The notes below the pieces were generated by a model. The model was given only the letters and a program-made list of their open reading frames with translations. It made no database searches and was not told where the DNA came from. The position numbers were made by a program, and so were the translations under genes. This document shows positions 37,740 to 50,582 of a DNA stretch of 64,000 nucleotides, in pieces (position 1 is the stretch's first letter; every line of letters begins with the position of its first letter). This stretch comes from Camelus dromedarius (lineage: Eukaryota): the NCBI RefSeq assembly GCF_036321535.1, contig NC_087437.1, forward strand, positions 66,900,001 to 66,964,000, written 5' to 3'.

Positions 37740-38700
37740 GTCAATCCTTCTGAGGCTACTTTTTAAATATATCTCAAATCCAAACACGTGTTACTTCCTG
37801 CTGCCACCTTGGTCTGCCATGGCCTGAACCAGGGTGACTACAGTCGCCTCCTAACTGGTTTCTCTGAGGCCTGAGTCCACTCTTGGTACCTGACTAGTCT
37901 TCACACAGGGCCAGAGGGGCCGCGTAAAACATAGGTCACATCACATCACCTTCCTGCTCAAAACCCTCCATGGGCTTCCCACCACCCTTAACATGAAATT
38001 GTACGTCCTCACAGTGGCCCATGAGCCGCTGTAGGATGTGGGCCTGCCTCTCTCTGTGACCCCAGCCGCCACTACCAGAGGCTGTTTCACTATAAAGCTA
38101 ATGAGCTTAGGCTCAGGGCTGTTTGTTTGCAAGACCATTCCAAAGCTCTGTACCTAATTTTGTAGGCGTGTGTTAGATTGTTTTTCCTAAGGAGAACCCC
38201 CTCCCCACCAATTTAATAAGCTTCAGACTTATTAAATCTAAATTCATGCTTGCTTTCCACTCTTCCTTCACATGTTCCTGCCTGGCCATACTGATGACCA
38301 AAAAGCAAAGGGCCCCCACCTCAGAGCCCTTTGCACTTGCTGCTTCCTTTGTTCAGAACTCTTTTCTTTAATCTTCTGTAAGTGAGGGTCTCCTTTTCTC
38401 ACTTAATTCAGAACTCTGTGCAAATATCCTCTCAATAAAGCCTTTCTTTCCTGACAGCCATAGAGAAAAATACCTTTCCCTCATCATTTTCTATGTATTC
38501 CTCTTGATTTATTTCTGCTCATGGCATTTATCATGACCTGGAATTTGTTGTGTATTTGTTTAGTAACTCAATTGTGTCTGCCTCCCATATTATACAGCAC
38601 AAGCTCTACGAGGGCAGGGATTTTATCTTGCCTGTTTTTGACTCTCTAGAACCTAGAACAAGAGCCTGGCACAAAGTAGGCACCTAATTAGGATGAATGG
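37740..38700. mobile_element. L2 fragments
   Basis: L2-type motifs (cttcctgctcaaaaccctccatgggcttcc; gagggcagggattttatc...gcctggcacaaagtaggcacc). Confidence 0.6.
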
Positions 38701-40986
38701 GCCGTGATGGAAAGTAATCATTACAACAATATTATTGGTGGCACTGGATGGTTCACAAACCCTCCCACATCCATTTCTCACTTGATCCTCCTGACAATCC
38801 TGGGAGCTGGTTTTTTGTCCAGTAATATGTATAAAAGCCCACTCACGCCAGGTGCCCGGCACTGGGCCAGGCACTCCGCTGTGATAAGGCAAGAGTGGGT
38901 CCTGCCCTCCTGGAGCTCACAGACAAAAGCCCCTATTTTTTCACCTCTTCTCATTTTGTGCCTTTCATGATGCCTTTCTGTCATTGTAGTGGGGCTTCCC
39001 TTGACCTGCCTTAGTCCCATCAAAATGCTCTTGAGCTGTAGTGATCAGAATTTGCACACAGCATGTTGGGGGCAGATGAACCATGACGTACAAATGTATA
39101 TATTTGCATCTGACACACTACGTGACATTCTGGTAGATTTCTCTTATTACTGCACTTATGACGACTTTTCTAATTTTGTTAGCCTTCCTTTGTGCATTGT
39201 AGATCATCCAAAGCTATGATATGGGTGTGAAAAAGAGTCATTCACCTCTTCATCTGCCCAACCACCAAACACATCGATGCCTGCTTTATGCCAGGCATTG
39301 TGCTACGAACTGAAGATCCAGAATTGAATGATGCATGGCCCTCAAGGAAGCTCATAAAAAAACAGACTTGCAAACAAATAATTATAATATATTTCAATAT
39401 CTTACTGCAATCCTAGAAGTAAAGTATATGAGGTACTGGGGTGGCATACTTTGCTTTGTGGAAAAGGATTGCTATAAGAGAATTTGCAGGACCTGTCACT
39501 CGGAGAGAATGGTGGCATGTGGCAACCAGCAAGACCAGGGCAGGGAGAATTAGGAAAGCTGAGTAGATAAGAGATTGTGTTGAGGGTGAAGAATGAGTGA
39601 GACTGAGAAAGCAGGAGCACAGGGAGTCCAAGACAGAGAGAGGAGGTTCAGGATGCAGGAACGTGGTGCCGAATTGAGTGACAGCGAGTTTGTCATTGTG
39701 GTGTAGCTGGTGGGTAGAGGAGGTGATGAGGCCAAGGACTGTAAGGGAGGGCATGACAAAGGTCGTCAAAAGGAGCATAGAGGCCCCTCATTACTAGAAT
39801 GTTCTATGTGAGAGGGAAAATAGCGTGGCTGTGAAATAAACCAATTATCTAATGGCAAACAACCTTTTTTGTCCCTTTCAAAGAGATGATACAGTTTGTA
39901 TAAGATTACAATCCAGTCAAGATATGTCTACATGGGCTAGTTCCAAGGCTGAAATATTAAAATCATTTTATTACTCCTGAGAGTGATAATTATGTTGCAT
40001 ATTGTAATTACAAGCAATAAATTTAATTTTTCTAGCAGTCTGAATATGACTGATCAAAACAATACCAAAACAGTGTTGCTGAACAGCTAAATGAGGGTTG
40101 CTTTGAACGACTCTGCGAAATAATCTGTATAGCCCTCCCACGTCCTTTTCTGTATGAGGATTCTCTTTAGGGCTTCGGGAGATTATTACCAAGCTCTTTC
40201 TTGGCTTAAAGTCTGGAGCCAGGCTGCTAGCATTTGAATCCTGACTCTTCCACATACTAGCTGCATTGCCTTGGGCTAGGCACTTATTAGCATCTCTGTA
40301 CCTTGGTTCCTCATCTGTAAAATAGGGATTATAGTGGCACCACCCTCTGAGCGTTAAATGCGTTAATATCTGTATGGCACTTGCAGAAGTGTCAGGGCAG
40401 ATAAGTACTCAATAAATGTTAGTTTTCATCATCATCATATCATTCTTATCAGGCTGGAAACACTTTCAAAACCCACCTGTATGTAAACTATCTTCTGCCC
40501 AAATCACCAATCTAACATTTTATTACGACTGTTCCACATGACCACTGAGTAAGGAATGTGGATGTATAATTACCGCATCTACCCTCAGCAACTGCCATTG
40601 CTTTGGAACTGGCAAAATATTCCTTTTGTGCATCATCCCTTTCAATCAACATTCTGCAAAAACAGGCAGAGCAATTCTTTATTTGATGTAAACATTTTTC
40701 AAAATACCAATTCTACACCTGGTACAAATAATTTTCATTTAAACAAAGTTGGATCTTGCTATTGCATTTCTCATGTTTTCTTAATTTCATTAAAATGTAA
40801 ATTTTCCCAGATCAGCCCTAGATTAGAATTTACAATTGACCAACAGAGAAGGAAACAGTTAACATGAAGTTTAGGAGAAAGGGTGCAGAATTCTTTAGCG
40901 AGAGACTAATACCTACGGTTAACCAGTATTTTCTTTATGAAGAACGAAAAACCTTCTGGCAGGTCTTGGGAGGAGAGAGCACTCAC

Positions 40987-41166
40987 CTGATTGTGATAGT
41001 AACCAGGTACTCCGAGTTTGCAGGCCTCCAGGTTGAGAGGTTCTTTAAGATTGTTCATAACACAGCACTGACGAGGCCAGGGATAGTCAGCATCGTTATT
41101 CTCCGTCCGGAAGGCAGATGTGTATTTCTGCCAGTCTGATGGACCATTCACACCACAGCAATTGTC
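40987..41166 (-). CDS. UPK1B: UPK1B coding exon 5 (large extracellular loop, CCG motif)
   Basis: DNCCGVNGPSDWQKYTSAFRTENNDADYPWPRQCCVMNNLKEPLNLEACKLGVPGYYHNQ. 180 nt. Confidence 0.97.
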
Positions 41167-41749
41167 CTGTCGGCAGATGAGAGAGAGAAAATTCTCTTCC
41201 ATGATCCTTGCTAGACTCACCAATGTAGCGACTGAAATTTTATGGAGAAAGAAGATATGGAAAGTGTACCGTATCTTAAGGTTTACCAAAGATCCCCAAA
41301 TGAGAACTGAAGGTATTTTTAAGGTATTTCATTTTAGCAGTTGCAAAATACTTTTACATTTATTAGTTTAGTAGCCATTAATGAGCTCTAGAGTCTTTGA
41401 CAAGTTAAACTTTCTAAGCCTCATTTTACTTAACTGCAAAATTGGGACAAATGTAGTATTTACCTCATAGAGTTGTGTGAGGATTAAATAAGTTAATACA
41501 TTTAACGTGTTCAGCACAGTGCCTGGCCTATTGTAAACCCTTAATAAATGTCAGTCATTATTAATGCTAATCTCTTGATACAACAATGTGAGAGATTTAT
41601 AATTATTCTCATATTACATATGAGCAAATTGAGAATCAGAAAATTAAAATTTTGGTGGTGAAGACATTATGAGTTATTCTTGTTTTACTTTTCTACACTT
41701 ACAACATTTTCTGGAGCAATTATATATTATTATTTTTAAAATAAGATCC

Positions 41750-41898
41750 TTTTTCACTTTTTTTGTTTTGTTTTTGTTTTGGAGAGGAGAGGTAATTCGG
41801 TTTATGTATTTATTTATTTTTAATGGAGGCACTGGGGATTGAACCCAGGACCTTGTGCATGCTAAGCACATGCTCTACCACTGAGCTATACCCTCCCC
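41750..41898 (-). mobile_element. tRNA-derived SINE (Vic-1-like)
   Basis: GGGGAGGGTATAGCTCAGTGGTAGAGCATGTGCTTAGCATGCACAAGGTCCTGGGTTCAATCCCCAG with intact A and B boxes and an A-rich tail. Confidence 0.85.
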
Positions 41899-43205
41899 TG
41901 CCCCAAGTTTTATTTTTATAATGGGAGAAAATAAATTGGAAGAAAATAACCAAAACCTGATGGCACACAGGTATGAATTGACATAGGAAAGGAAGATCTC
42001 CTAACACATAGCTCATATCCTTACACTCCGGATAAAACTGAGGATAAAGGATAAAACACAGTGTATATCAGTTTCCTACCTTTTTATAAATTATGCTAAA
42101 ATGCTTCTACGGGAAGAAATTAAAACTATGGCATCTCTCAACTGTTAGAATAAATATATCCAGCAAACTTGGTGATAAAGCAACTGCCTTAAAAGTATAT
42201 CCTGTTTGCCACTAGATTATGGAAATTATCTCATTCTGTAATTTGACCTGAGCATTTTTGGGGGAAATGGTTAAGTCTGAACCAGACTTACTTCAGCCTG
42301 GGCTTTAAAAAAATGGTAAGTGGATTTTTCAACGGTGTGAGCATTCACATTTTCATTTGAAAAGTTTAGTTCTTTGCTAAGAGTGGAAAAAATATTTGAC
42401 CTATAGTCAGAAGAGTGATAGGGAGTGAAAAAGTGGCCTATACATTGGAGGTCCTAATGCGCTAAAAAATGATAGAACAGGAATATTAGAATCAATGAAG
42501 GGAACTGTAGAAGATGATGGTAAAGAGAGTTCAAAGAAGGGTGGAGGCTCTAAGGGAGTTTGCTGATGATGGCCTGTGAAGCACTGGAGGTTGGGTGAGG
42601 AGGGGACGTGGGGGGTCGTGGGAGAGTTGGGTCACATGAGGGCTTATGTAGGGGATAAGAATTTATATACTTACACAATGTAGGGGTGATAGTGGGTATT
42701 CTGAAAGACTTGTACTTTTGTTAGTACCTGAGGTAAACTTGGAATAAGGTATGACAAATTAGTGAAAACTGGATGATCAAATCAAGTCACAGCCCATGGT
42801 CCTTAACAAGGTAAGCTACAGGTATGAAAATGTACTAAAGAAGCAAAAGAGACAATTATTGCCGCTTGAGTTCACTGTGGGGTGGAGGAGCAACAATTTT
42901 TTGATGTAAGTGATGCCTGAATTCTAAGAAGTAGAGCGTCTGATTAATCCAAATTTCTTGACAAGGTCATTTCTCATAAATGGAAGCTCATCAACATCAT
43001 GGCTTAAAATACAGATCTAGGGGTTCCACTGAGTCACGTGTGCACCCCCAGTCCCTGCCAGTAAATAAGCGGAATAGAACCTGTCTTTGTCAAGTCTCTT
43101 TTTGAAGGAAGCCCCCTGGAGGCTGTGGTCCCTCTCAGCCATGTGTGCACCTCTGGTAACTAGTTTAGGTACAAAGTGGCATCGCCCCACGACGGCAGGC
43201 ATCAC

Positions 43206-43328
43206 CTGGAGCATGAGCCGGTCCCAGGTCCTGGTGACTCCATTGTTTTTCCACTGGTCGTCGTTGTTTGGAGGGCTGTTGTTTTGGTACCTCTCCAGCA
43301 TCTGCTTCAGGAAGAGGTTGCGTGTGAA
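43206..43328 (-). CDS. UPK1B: UPK1B coding exon 4
   Basis: FTRNLFLKQMLERYQNNSPPNNDDQWKNNGVTRTWDRLMLQ. 123 nt. Confidence 0.97.
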
Positions 43329-43996
43329 CTATGGTGGGAGGAGGCAACACAAGAGGAAGAGTTAACACACAAATCGTCAAGGAGACAAAGCGATTTGCTA
43401 GACCGGCTGCTGGGGGCACTAAACACTGTCTCTTGGAATAAACCTGTACTCAGCGCCACTGAGTAGGGCTGTGGGCAGGTGTAAAGCTGCTCTGGGAGGC
43501 TGAAGTCCTCTGTAGGGAGAAGACCCCCATCTCCAAAGAAACCCTAATGAGACCAGGACGGACAGGCACTGTAGGGTGGCTTAGGTTAGAGGACGGAGAA
43601 AAGGAGAGAAAGCAGGGTGCTGAGTTGAGAGGAAGTCTAGATGTGGCGGATTATTGATCATCCTCTTGGAAGGCTAGCGGCAGGGCAGAGTGGAGAAGAG
43701 CCTGGCCCAGGGACTCACACTGCCTGGACGCAGGATTCCACTCTTTCACCAGCTGTGTAACCTTGGACTTTTCAAGTCACATTTTAATTTTTATCTATAA
43801 AATGACAACAGTGTTAATACCTATTTCACAGGGTCATAATGAGAATTAAGCAAAATTATATGTTTATTATTAAGCGGCATATTACAATGCCTGGTACAGG
43901 GTAAGGGCTTAATACATGTCGGTTATTACGTTATTGTGACAACGGTGATGACTCACACGACCGTCTCTGCGCTACGCTGTTTGAGGCTGTACTCAC

Positions 43997-44071
43997 AAAG
44001 TCTCGCTGCGTTGCTGCTGTGATACAAGATGCCACTTCAAAGCCGTACACGATGAACATCAGAATGAAATA
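43997..44071 (-). CDS. UPK1B: UPK1B coding exon 3
   Basis: YFILMFIVYGFEVASCITAATQRDF. 75 nt. Confidence 0.97.
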
Positions 44072-44690
44072 CTGGAAGGGAAACAAAAGGAATGAAAGAG
44101 TTACATCTACTTCTAAAGAGATTTTTTTTTTAAACAAATAATTGCTATGTTTTCAGCAGCACGTTCACCTAAATATAATTACCCAATCATTCACGTAATC
44201 TTTCATCAAACCTTCATTGATCAGCTGCTTGGAGCCAGACTTGGTGCTAATCAGCTCCATTCTCTTCTTTTCCCGGAGAACAAATGACTAGTGAATACAG
44301 AGCTTTCTCAGTTCAGTATCCTGCATTTCTATTTTAACTGGGAAAATCAAACACAAGAGAATGGACTCTGTCGGGTGTGTGTGTGTTTTCAATGGCTGGC
44401 AAGACAGTCTTAGTGTATCACACACTATGTAGAGCCTCATAAATCCCCTCTCATGGGGAGACATTTTCTTTATGGTTTACTGAAAATTTAGGATTACCGA
44501 GGTCAGAATAAGATGAACTGAATCGTGTTTAATATCCATCATCCCTTCTGATAATGTCCAGTCTCATCAGAGAGGAACAGGCAGCCTCCAGGTACACAGC
44601 TCTCTCTTCCCTGGCATCTTCTCCCACTCACCCCACTCTAGTTACATCAGGTCAGGCGGGTGAAACAGAGCGCATCTTGTGTTTCTGTTG

Positions 44691-44692
<2 letters not shown>

Positions 44693-44729
<37 letters not shown>
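44693..44729. repeat. (GT)n microsatellite
   Basis: About 18 perfect GT units followed by CGCG. Confidence 0.95.
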
Positions 44730-44733
<4 letters not shown>

Positions 44734-46384
44734 AGCACGCACACGTGATGCCTCCACGCCACACTGCCCCTATTTATGGCTGGAAAATATCTGAAGGAGA
44801 AATAACCTGTGAATCTGGGGCGGGGTCTATTTGGAGGAGTTCTGTCTTTGCTGTCCTCCTCAGCCTTGCACACATGCTCTTGGTCCTTGGGTTCTTCTGT
44901 GGGCACTGTCGGCAGAGGGGCGCTGGGAAAACGGTTCTTCGTCTCTGGGCAGGGGAGGCTCCTAAAGCAGCTGCTGCCCTAACCTCCTGCTGCCTTAACC
45001 ATTCGGCCCAGGGAAAGGCTTTGGCTACTGTTAACTCCCAGCTAATGGCAGGCCTCCCTTCAGAGGCCTCATCAACTTTCCCCTCCTGTATTAGCTGCTG
45101 CCTTGCTTTGTTGAGAGCTTTGCTGGCTCCCCTTAAAGAGGCTCAGAACCCCCTTAGAGATGCTCTAAGGAGGCATAGTCTGCAGGTGTGTTTTTCCTTC
45201 AGCCCTGTCAAGGGTGCACTGCCCTGTCTCCCTGCCCGGCACGGTAAAGGATGTTCCCCTACCCAGGTCTCCCAGCTGGGCCAGGCATGCGTGACTGGCT
45301 CAAAGCGGGACCAGGATGCAGCTGAAGCTCGTCTCCAAGGACACCTGCTCCTTCTTTACCTTTCCCTGAATTCCTTTCCCCACCCTGCAAAAGTGAGTGC
45401 TTTTGCCCGAGAACTAACTCACACTAATGGCCCAGAGAATGTCAATGTTCTGCATTCCCCGGGTACCGGGGCGGTGTCAGTTCACAGGAAAAGCAAACCA
45501 ACAGTCACCTGAGCCTGCTGGACTCGTTCCATGAAGGTGGAACTCGGGGCTTGCAGCATTTGGGTAGGAGAGTAATTTCAGGGGTAGGGAGTGGGGGTGG
45601 GACCCCATTGCAAAATAGGAAACTGCTGTCCTGAGCACTGGGGCAGAGAGAGCCCTGCTGGCTGCCAATTTGCTTCTATCTGCAAAGGCAGGGCCCCACC
45701 TGCTGTGTGTGGTTTGGGGCAGAGTCTCCCTGTGGGTGCACAGGATTAGATCCTCCAGAGGCAGATGGGAGCTAGGGCTGTTCTCTGCAATGGTGCCCAG
45801 CAAGGGTTTCCAGGGTCCCTAAAAAGCAGAATGAGCATGTAAAATGGGAAGTGTAAGCCATCCTACAAAATTATCAGCCTTGAGCTCAAAAATGTCTACA
45901 AAGGCTCATGGTTTTTCTTAAAAATTCATGCATATTTTGTGATTTATATGCTAATATAGCAACACTTGATTCATATGAAAATGCTTACTTTAAACTACTT
46001 ATTCTCAAGAGAAAAAAATCTAATTATCAAGTTCTCACTATGTCTCTTTTCTGGCCAGTGGATCTCCCAGCTGCACCTGCTGGGTGCATGCAGACACCCG
46101 CTGGAGAAACGCAGATGTGGAAATACTCAACAGGTGACCCCCCAGGTCTCTTCTCTTTGGGTTCTCTGTACTGGAATCTCCTGGACTTGCAATAGTGGAG
46201 GGCATCCTGGCTCCTACATGGACAATCTTCATGGCAGGGAGAGTCTTGCCCTCTTCTCACCCCTCACCTGGGATCCTCTGCTCCCACCTACCCCACTAAA
46301 AGCTAAAGCATTGTGCTCAGGAAAGAAGCAACAATCCATCAGAATTAGCCCAGGACACAAATGTAGAGAGTTTTAAGGTCTTAC

Positions 46385-46585
46385 CGCCAGAAGAACTTTT
46401 CTGTTGGACTTTAGGATGCCTACGATGCCTAGGACAGATAGGCAGAAGAGGCAGATGCCAACAAACATGCCGATCCAGGCTGCCCCATAGATGTCATCAT
46501 TGTCAGTGGCTTCAAGCAGAGGGTAGAGGCTGTGTTGGTCGGATACAAAGAAGATGCACTCTGCTGTCAGGGCAATGCCACACAT
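46385..46585 (-). CDS. UPK1B: UPK1B coding exon 2
   Basis: MCGIALTAECIFFVSDQHSLYPLLEATDNDDIYGAAWIG...RKVLLA. 201 nt. Confidence 0.97.
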
Positions 46586-47573
46586 CTAGGGGCAGAGGGG
46601 TTCTGTCAGGCCAGCAGCCAGGAGAGCATAGTTGGGAAAGGGATGGGGGGGAGGGCAAGAGAGACTAACTCCATCCCCTGCATAGGCTTTACACAACTAA
46701 GGAAATCAAACGGCCCCCTCCATCCTACAAATTGGTTGCATGCCTCCTTCCACATTTTGCTCCATCTTACTGCTCTTTGGGAGAAGACCCAGACAATTTC
46801 AGAACACCTATAAAACCCTTGGGGCATGAACCACTCAAACAATGACTTCTTGTATGAAGATATCCTCCCACCCCATTTCCACTGCCCACCGCTCAAATTC
46901 CTGGACTGTAATATTTAAGCTGGTCCTGGTTATATTTATCAGTGCCAGAGAGCCACTGAACATTAGAGCCAGAAGGAACCTTGGTTGTTATCTTTCCCAC
47001 TCCCTGGATTTTATAGATGAGGGATCTTGTCTCCGAAAGGCAATGACCTGTCCAGGATCACAGAGTCAGAGGCAGGGCTGGGCCCAGAGCCAGTGATCTT
47101 GACTCTCACCACAACGTGCCCAGCAGCCTGGCCTCTGAGCTGCTCTCACATCCCGGTCCTGGCCTGCATATGGCCAGAACAAGATGAAAACCTCTTTCCC
47201 CACGAACCTTAGCAGCAGGGTCCATACAAATCAAATCAAGGTGGAATAGGAAAGACACACCAGTGTGTGTGTGGGAGTGCTTGGATGCTGACCATGGTTG
47301 GCACGACTCCCTTTAGATTCTTGTGTTTTAAAGTTGGGAGGGAAATACCTATTTTTTTCAACATGGCCTTTTGATATATTACACAGTTATATATGACTAT
47401 ATATACAGTTCAAGTCTAGCTGGCATGTTTTACCAACACATTTCTTAAGTGGCAGAAAAGACGTAGAGAGGCAGGAATGATATCATTATTTTCCTTTCAG
47501 CTCTCACATTTGATTGATCTAAAATCATGATTACGGGGAGAGCAGCATTTCCTGGAAAATACTCATTACTTAC

Positions 47574-47642
47574 ACCGACAATCACATTTCCAAAAATCAG
47601 CAGGCTCTGGAAGCAACGAACAGTGGACTCATCTTTGGTCAT
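47574..47642 (-). CDS. UPK1B: UPK1B coding exon 1 (start codon)
   Basis: gaagATG then MTKDESTVRCFQSLLIFGNVIVG. GTAAGT donor, 69 coding nt. Confidence 0.96.
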
Positions 47643-50393
47643 CTTCAGGATTTCCCCGGGGCTGAGGACACAGTTGAGAACATTACAACCTGACAGGAGC
47701 AGGTGAAAAAGATTGCTGCAAGTTCTAAAGAGTGACCACGTCACGCCATCATGCACTGCCTTCTCGTCTTCCAGACCAAGCCATGCAACCATTTAGTGAT
47801 GGAGGAAGTTTGGTTACTAAGTTCTGTAATCACTGTAATTTTTTGAAGAAGGGGAAAAACGGTAAAGCCAGCCTGCGTCTGATCGGTGACTTTCCGGAGT
47901 TCTTTAGGTAAGGAACATACAGACAGTGTCCTTCTGAGTGAGGAACCGCAGCCCCCAAGTCGCCGAGGGCCGACCTGCGGTGGCGATGAAACACGCAAGG
48001 GTCCCTGGGATGCCTCTTCCTGCCCTCGCTCACAGCAGACTGAAACCCAAAGGGTAAACTTGCGCCCAGAGTTGGCAATTGGTTCCCATGTGGACTCTGG
48101 GCAGCTGTTAAAAATCATTCTTTTCAGGATGTTTTGTATGTTTCAATGGAGATGGCAAATTAAAAATACCCTGTCACATAAGAGGAGGGGGAGGTGGGAG
48201 AGAGGGGCTAACATTTAGTTCCCCCCAGGTGCCACTCCACTAGGCGCTCTACATACACACATGTAATTCTCATAACCCAATTAGATAGAGAAAGAGGGTG
48301 AGGGGGCTCCATTTTGCAGATGAGGACACTAAAGCTTAAACTGGTGAATTAAGTCCCCTGGGGTCATACAACCCAGGAAGTGGAAGGGCTGGAGACCTTG
48401 GTCTGCACGACTCCACAGCCCCAGTGCTGTCCCCCAGCCCACGCTGGCTCCCAGGAATTATTTACAAGGTTTACTGCTGAATATGGAACTTAAAAAAAAA
48501 TGAGTCTTTCCCTCCCTGGGGATTCTCTGGAAGGAACACAAGGGTAAGTGTTTGGGTCAATTATTTTGGCTTTTGCATTTGAATTACCTGGAGATAAGCC
48601 ATCCACATATCTCAGTGTTTTATTAATTAAATTAACTATCCACTTCACGTACTCATGCTCTAAATCAAAATGTATAATATGACACAAGCTGCATTTTGAG
48701 GCATAACAAAGATACATTAGCAAGACTGCTGTATTCTAGGATTTTACGCTGTAGTGGGGAAGCTGTGTTCCGACATCACTGTAATGAATCTAGTGAGACC
48801 CTGAGTACCGTGGGAGTTCTGAGGAGGAAACAGGTGAGGCTGGCAGAATGTGTATGGTCGAGTAGAGGTGGGTGTGGGAAGAAGGTGGGGTGTGACCTTG
48901 GAGGTAAAAGGAAAGGGGCGGTTAGGGAGCAGAGCCCTGGAAGAGCAAAGGAGCCCAGAAGATAGCAGATCAGCCAGTTTGGCTGAAGTTCCGGTTTGTG
49001 TGGGGAACCCGTGGGAGGCAAGCCTTCTATCTGACTCAGACCTTGCTAAATTTAACTTCATCATTACACTCTCACGTAAGTTATTACCCACCTTCCAAGT
49101 AATCTCAAACATCTCTAAGTATTTTCCTTTACCTCTTCACCTGGGTAGTGGTGGGGACTGAAGGGGCTGAAATTTATGAGTGTTTTTGGGTCACATGGTG
49201 GGGACTCCATCAATGTTTGCTGAGTGAGTAGAAGAAACTGGGCCACTGTTACAAAATCCCTATGCGTAGCTTCTGCTTAGAAATGCCGTTCATTTCTTTC
49301 TGCTTGGAAATGTCATTTTGGGCTTAGAAATGTCATTTGTCCTTTCCTGAGATGGTTGCACACTAGACTGAGTGGAGCTGGAGGCCCTGAAGGAGTTAAT
49401 GCACAACCTCCCCCAAGGGGAGCCTCACTCACGTAGCTGGCTCAGCCACATTGTAAAGTTTACTACAGGAATGCACAGATATCGCTCCTGACCAGATGGG
49501 TTACCATCTAAACTAGAGACATAGATAAATAGACCATGAAAGGTGAAAGTTCAGACAACATAAGTTCATGTACAGAGTAAAGGACAAAAATCTGGAGAGG
49601 CCAGATTCAGCCCATTATCACCCAGGATCAATTAGGACCCCTTTGCAGGGAGCCGCCTATTTGTGGTCATTAGGTGGGCCTCAAAGAACAGAAAGAAGAC
49701 AATTTGTTCTTTCAAGGAATCTGAAGTACGATTATAGCAACATGGACTCAAAGCAAAAATGACTGTACACAGTAGAATAAAGGAAGAAAGTAGGGCTATG
49801 GAGAGAAAAGAAGGCAGGTAGGAAAGAAAGAGGGCTTTATTGGTCCAGAAGGAGCTGATGGGACCCTGAACAAGGGATTTGGTCCAAGTGACCCAGTTAT
49901 GTTCCTAAGAGTCATTCTTTCCCAAAGATGACTCTGCCGCACAGAGTTTTCAAAGGGACATAGGAATCCTCTGTGGGAGAACTGCAAGTCAGAATTAGGG
50001 TGGGGAAATGCAGACCAGGGTGGAAAAACAGAAGGAAAGAGGCAGGTAGGAGTTTGGCTTCCGCGAAAGGAAGAGAGAAGAAATCTTGACAAGCATGAGG
50101 TCGGAGAGGCCAGGGGCAGCCCGGCGGAGGCTGATTTACAGAAGGCAGGCCTGTGCCGATGGGCACGTGCGCTGAAGTTGCTGCCTGCCAGCTGTTTCTC
50201 CGGTTTCACTCCGCGCCCTCCTCTTCTCCCGCTTCTGCTCCTTCAGTGGCACATCATTTTTTAGATAATGGCACAAAATAGCAAAGTGTTGATGTAAGTT
50301 GTCATTTAGCGAGACTTACGATGGTCTTGGCACATGTTAGCACTCTGTTCATCCGCTCAATAGACCTGAGAGATGGGTATTTTTACCAAAATC

Positions 50394-50582
50394 TGTATTG
50401 GTTACTTACTGCTGTTGCAACCAATTACCACAAACTTAGTGACTTCAAACAACACACAGGTATTATCTTGTATTATTCTGGGGGCCAGAAGTGTGGAATG
50501 AGTCCCTCTGGGCTAAAATCTAGGTGTCAGCAGAGCTGCCCTCCTTCTGGAAGATCTGGGGAGAATCTGTTTTCTTGCCATT
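50394..50582. mobile_element. MaLR LTR fragment (MLT1-like)
   Basis: tgtattggtt...caattaccacaaacttagtgacttcaaacaacac...ttctgggggccagaagt. Confidence 0.6.

Noticed and set aside
41826..41898. tRNA-like sequence
   Set aside because: It is followed by the SINE tail and has two related copies in the window, so it is a SINE head and not a tRNA gene.
44679..45512. 277-aa ORF, the longest in the track
   Set aside because: Non-ATG start, begins in a (GT)n microsatellite, lies antisense within a UPK1B intron, and has no recognisable domain.
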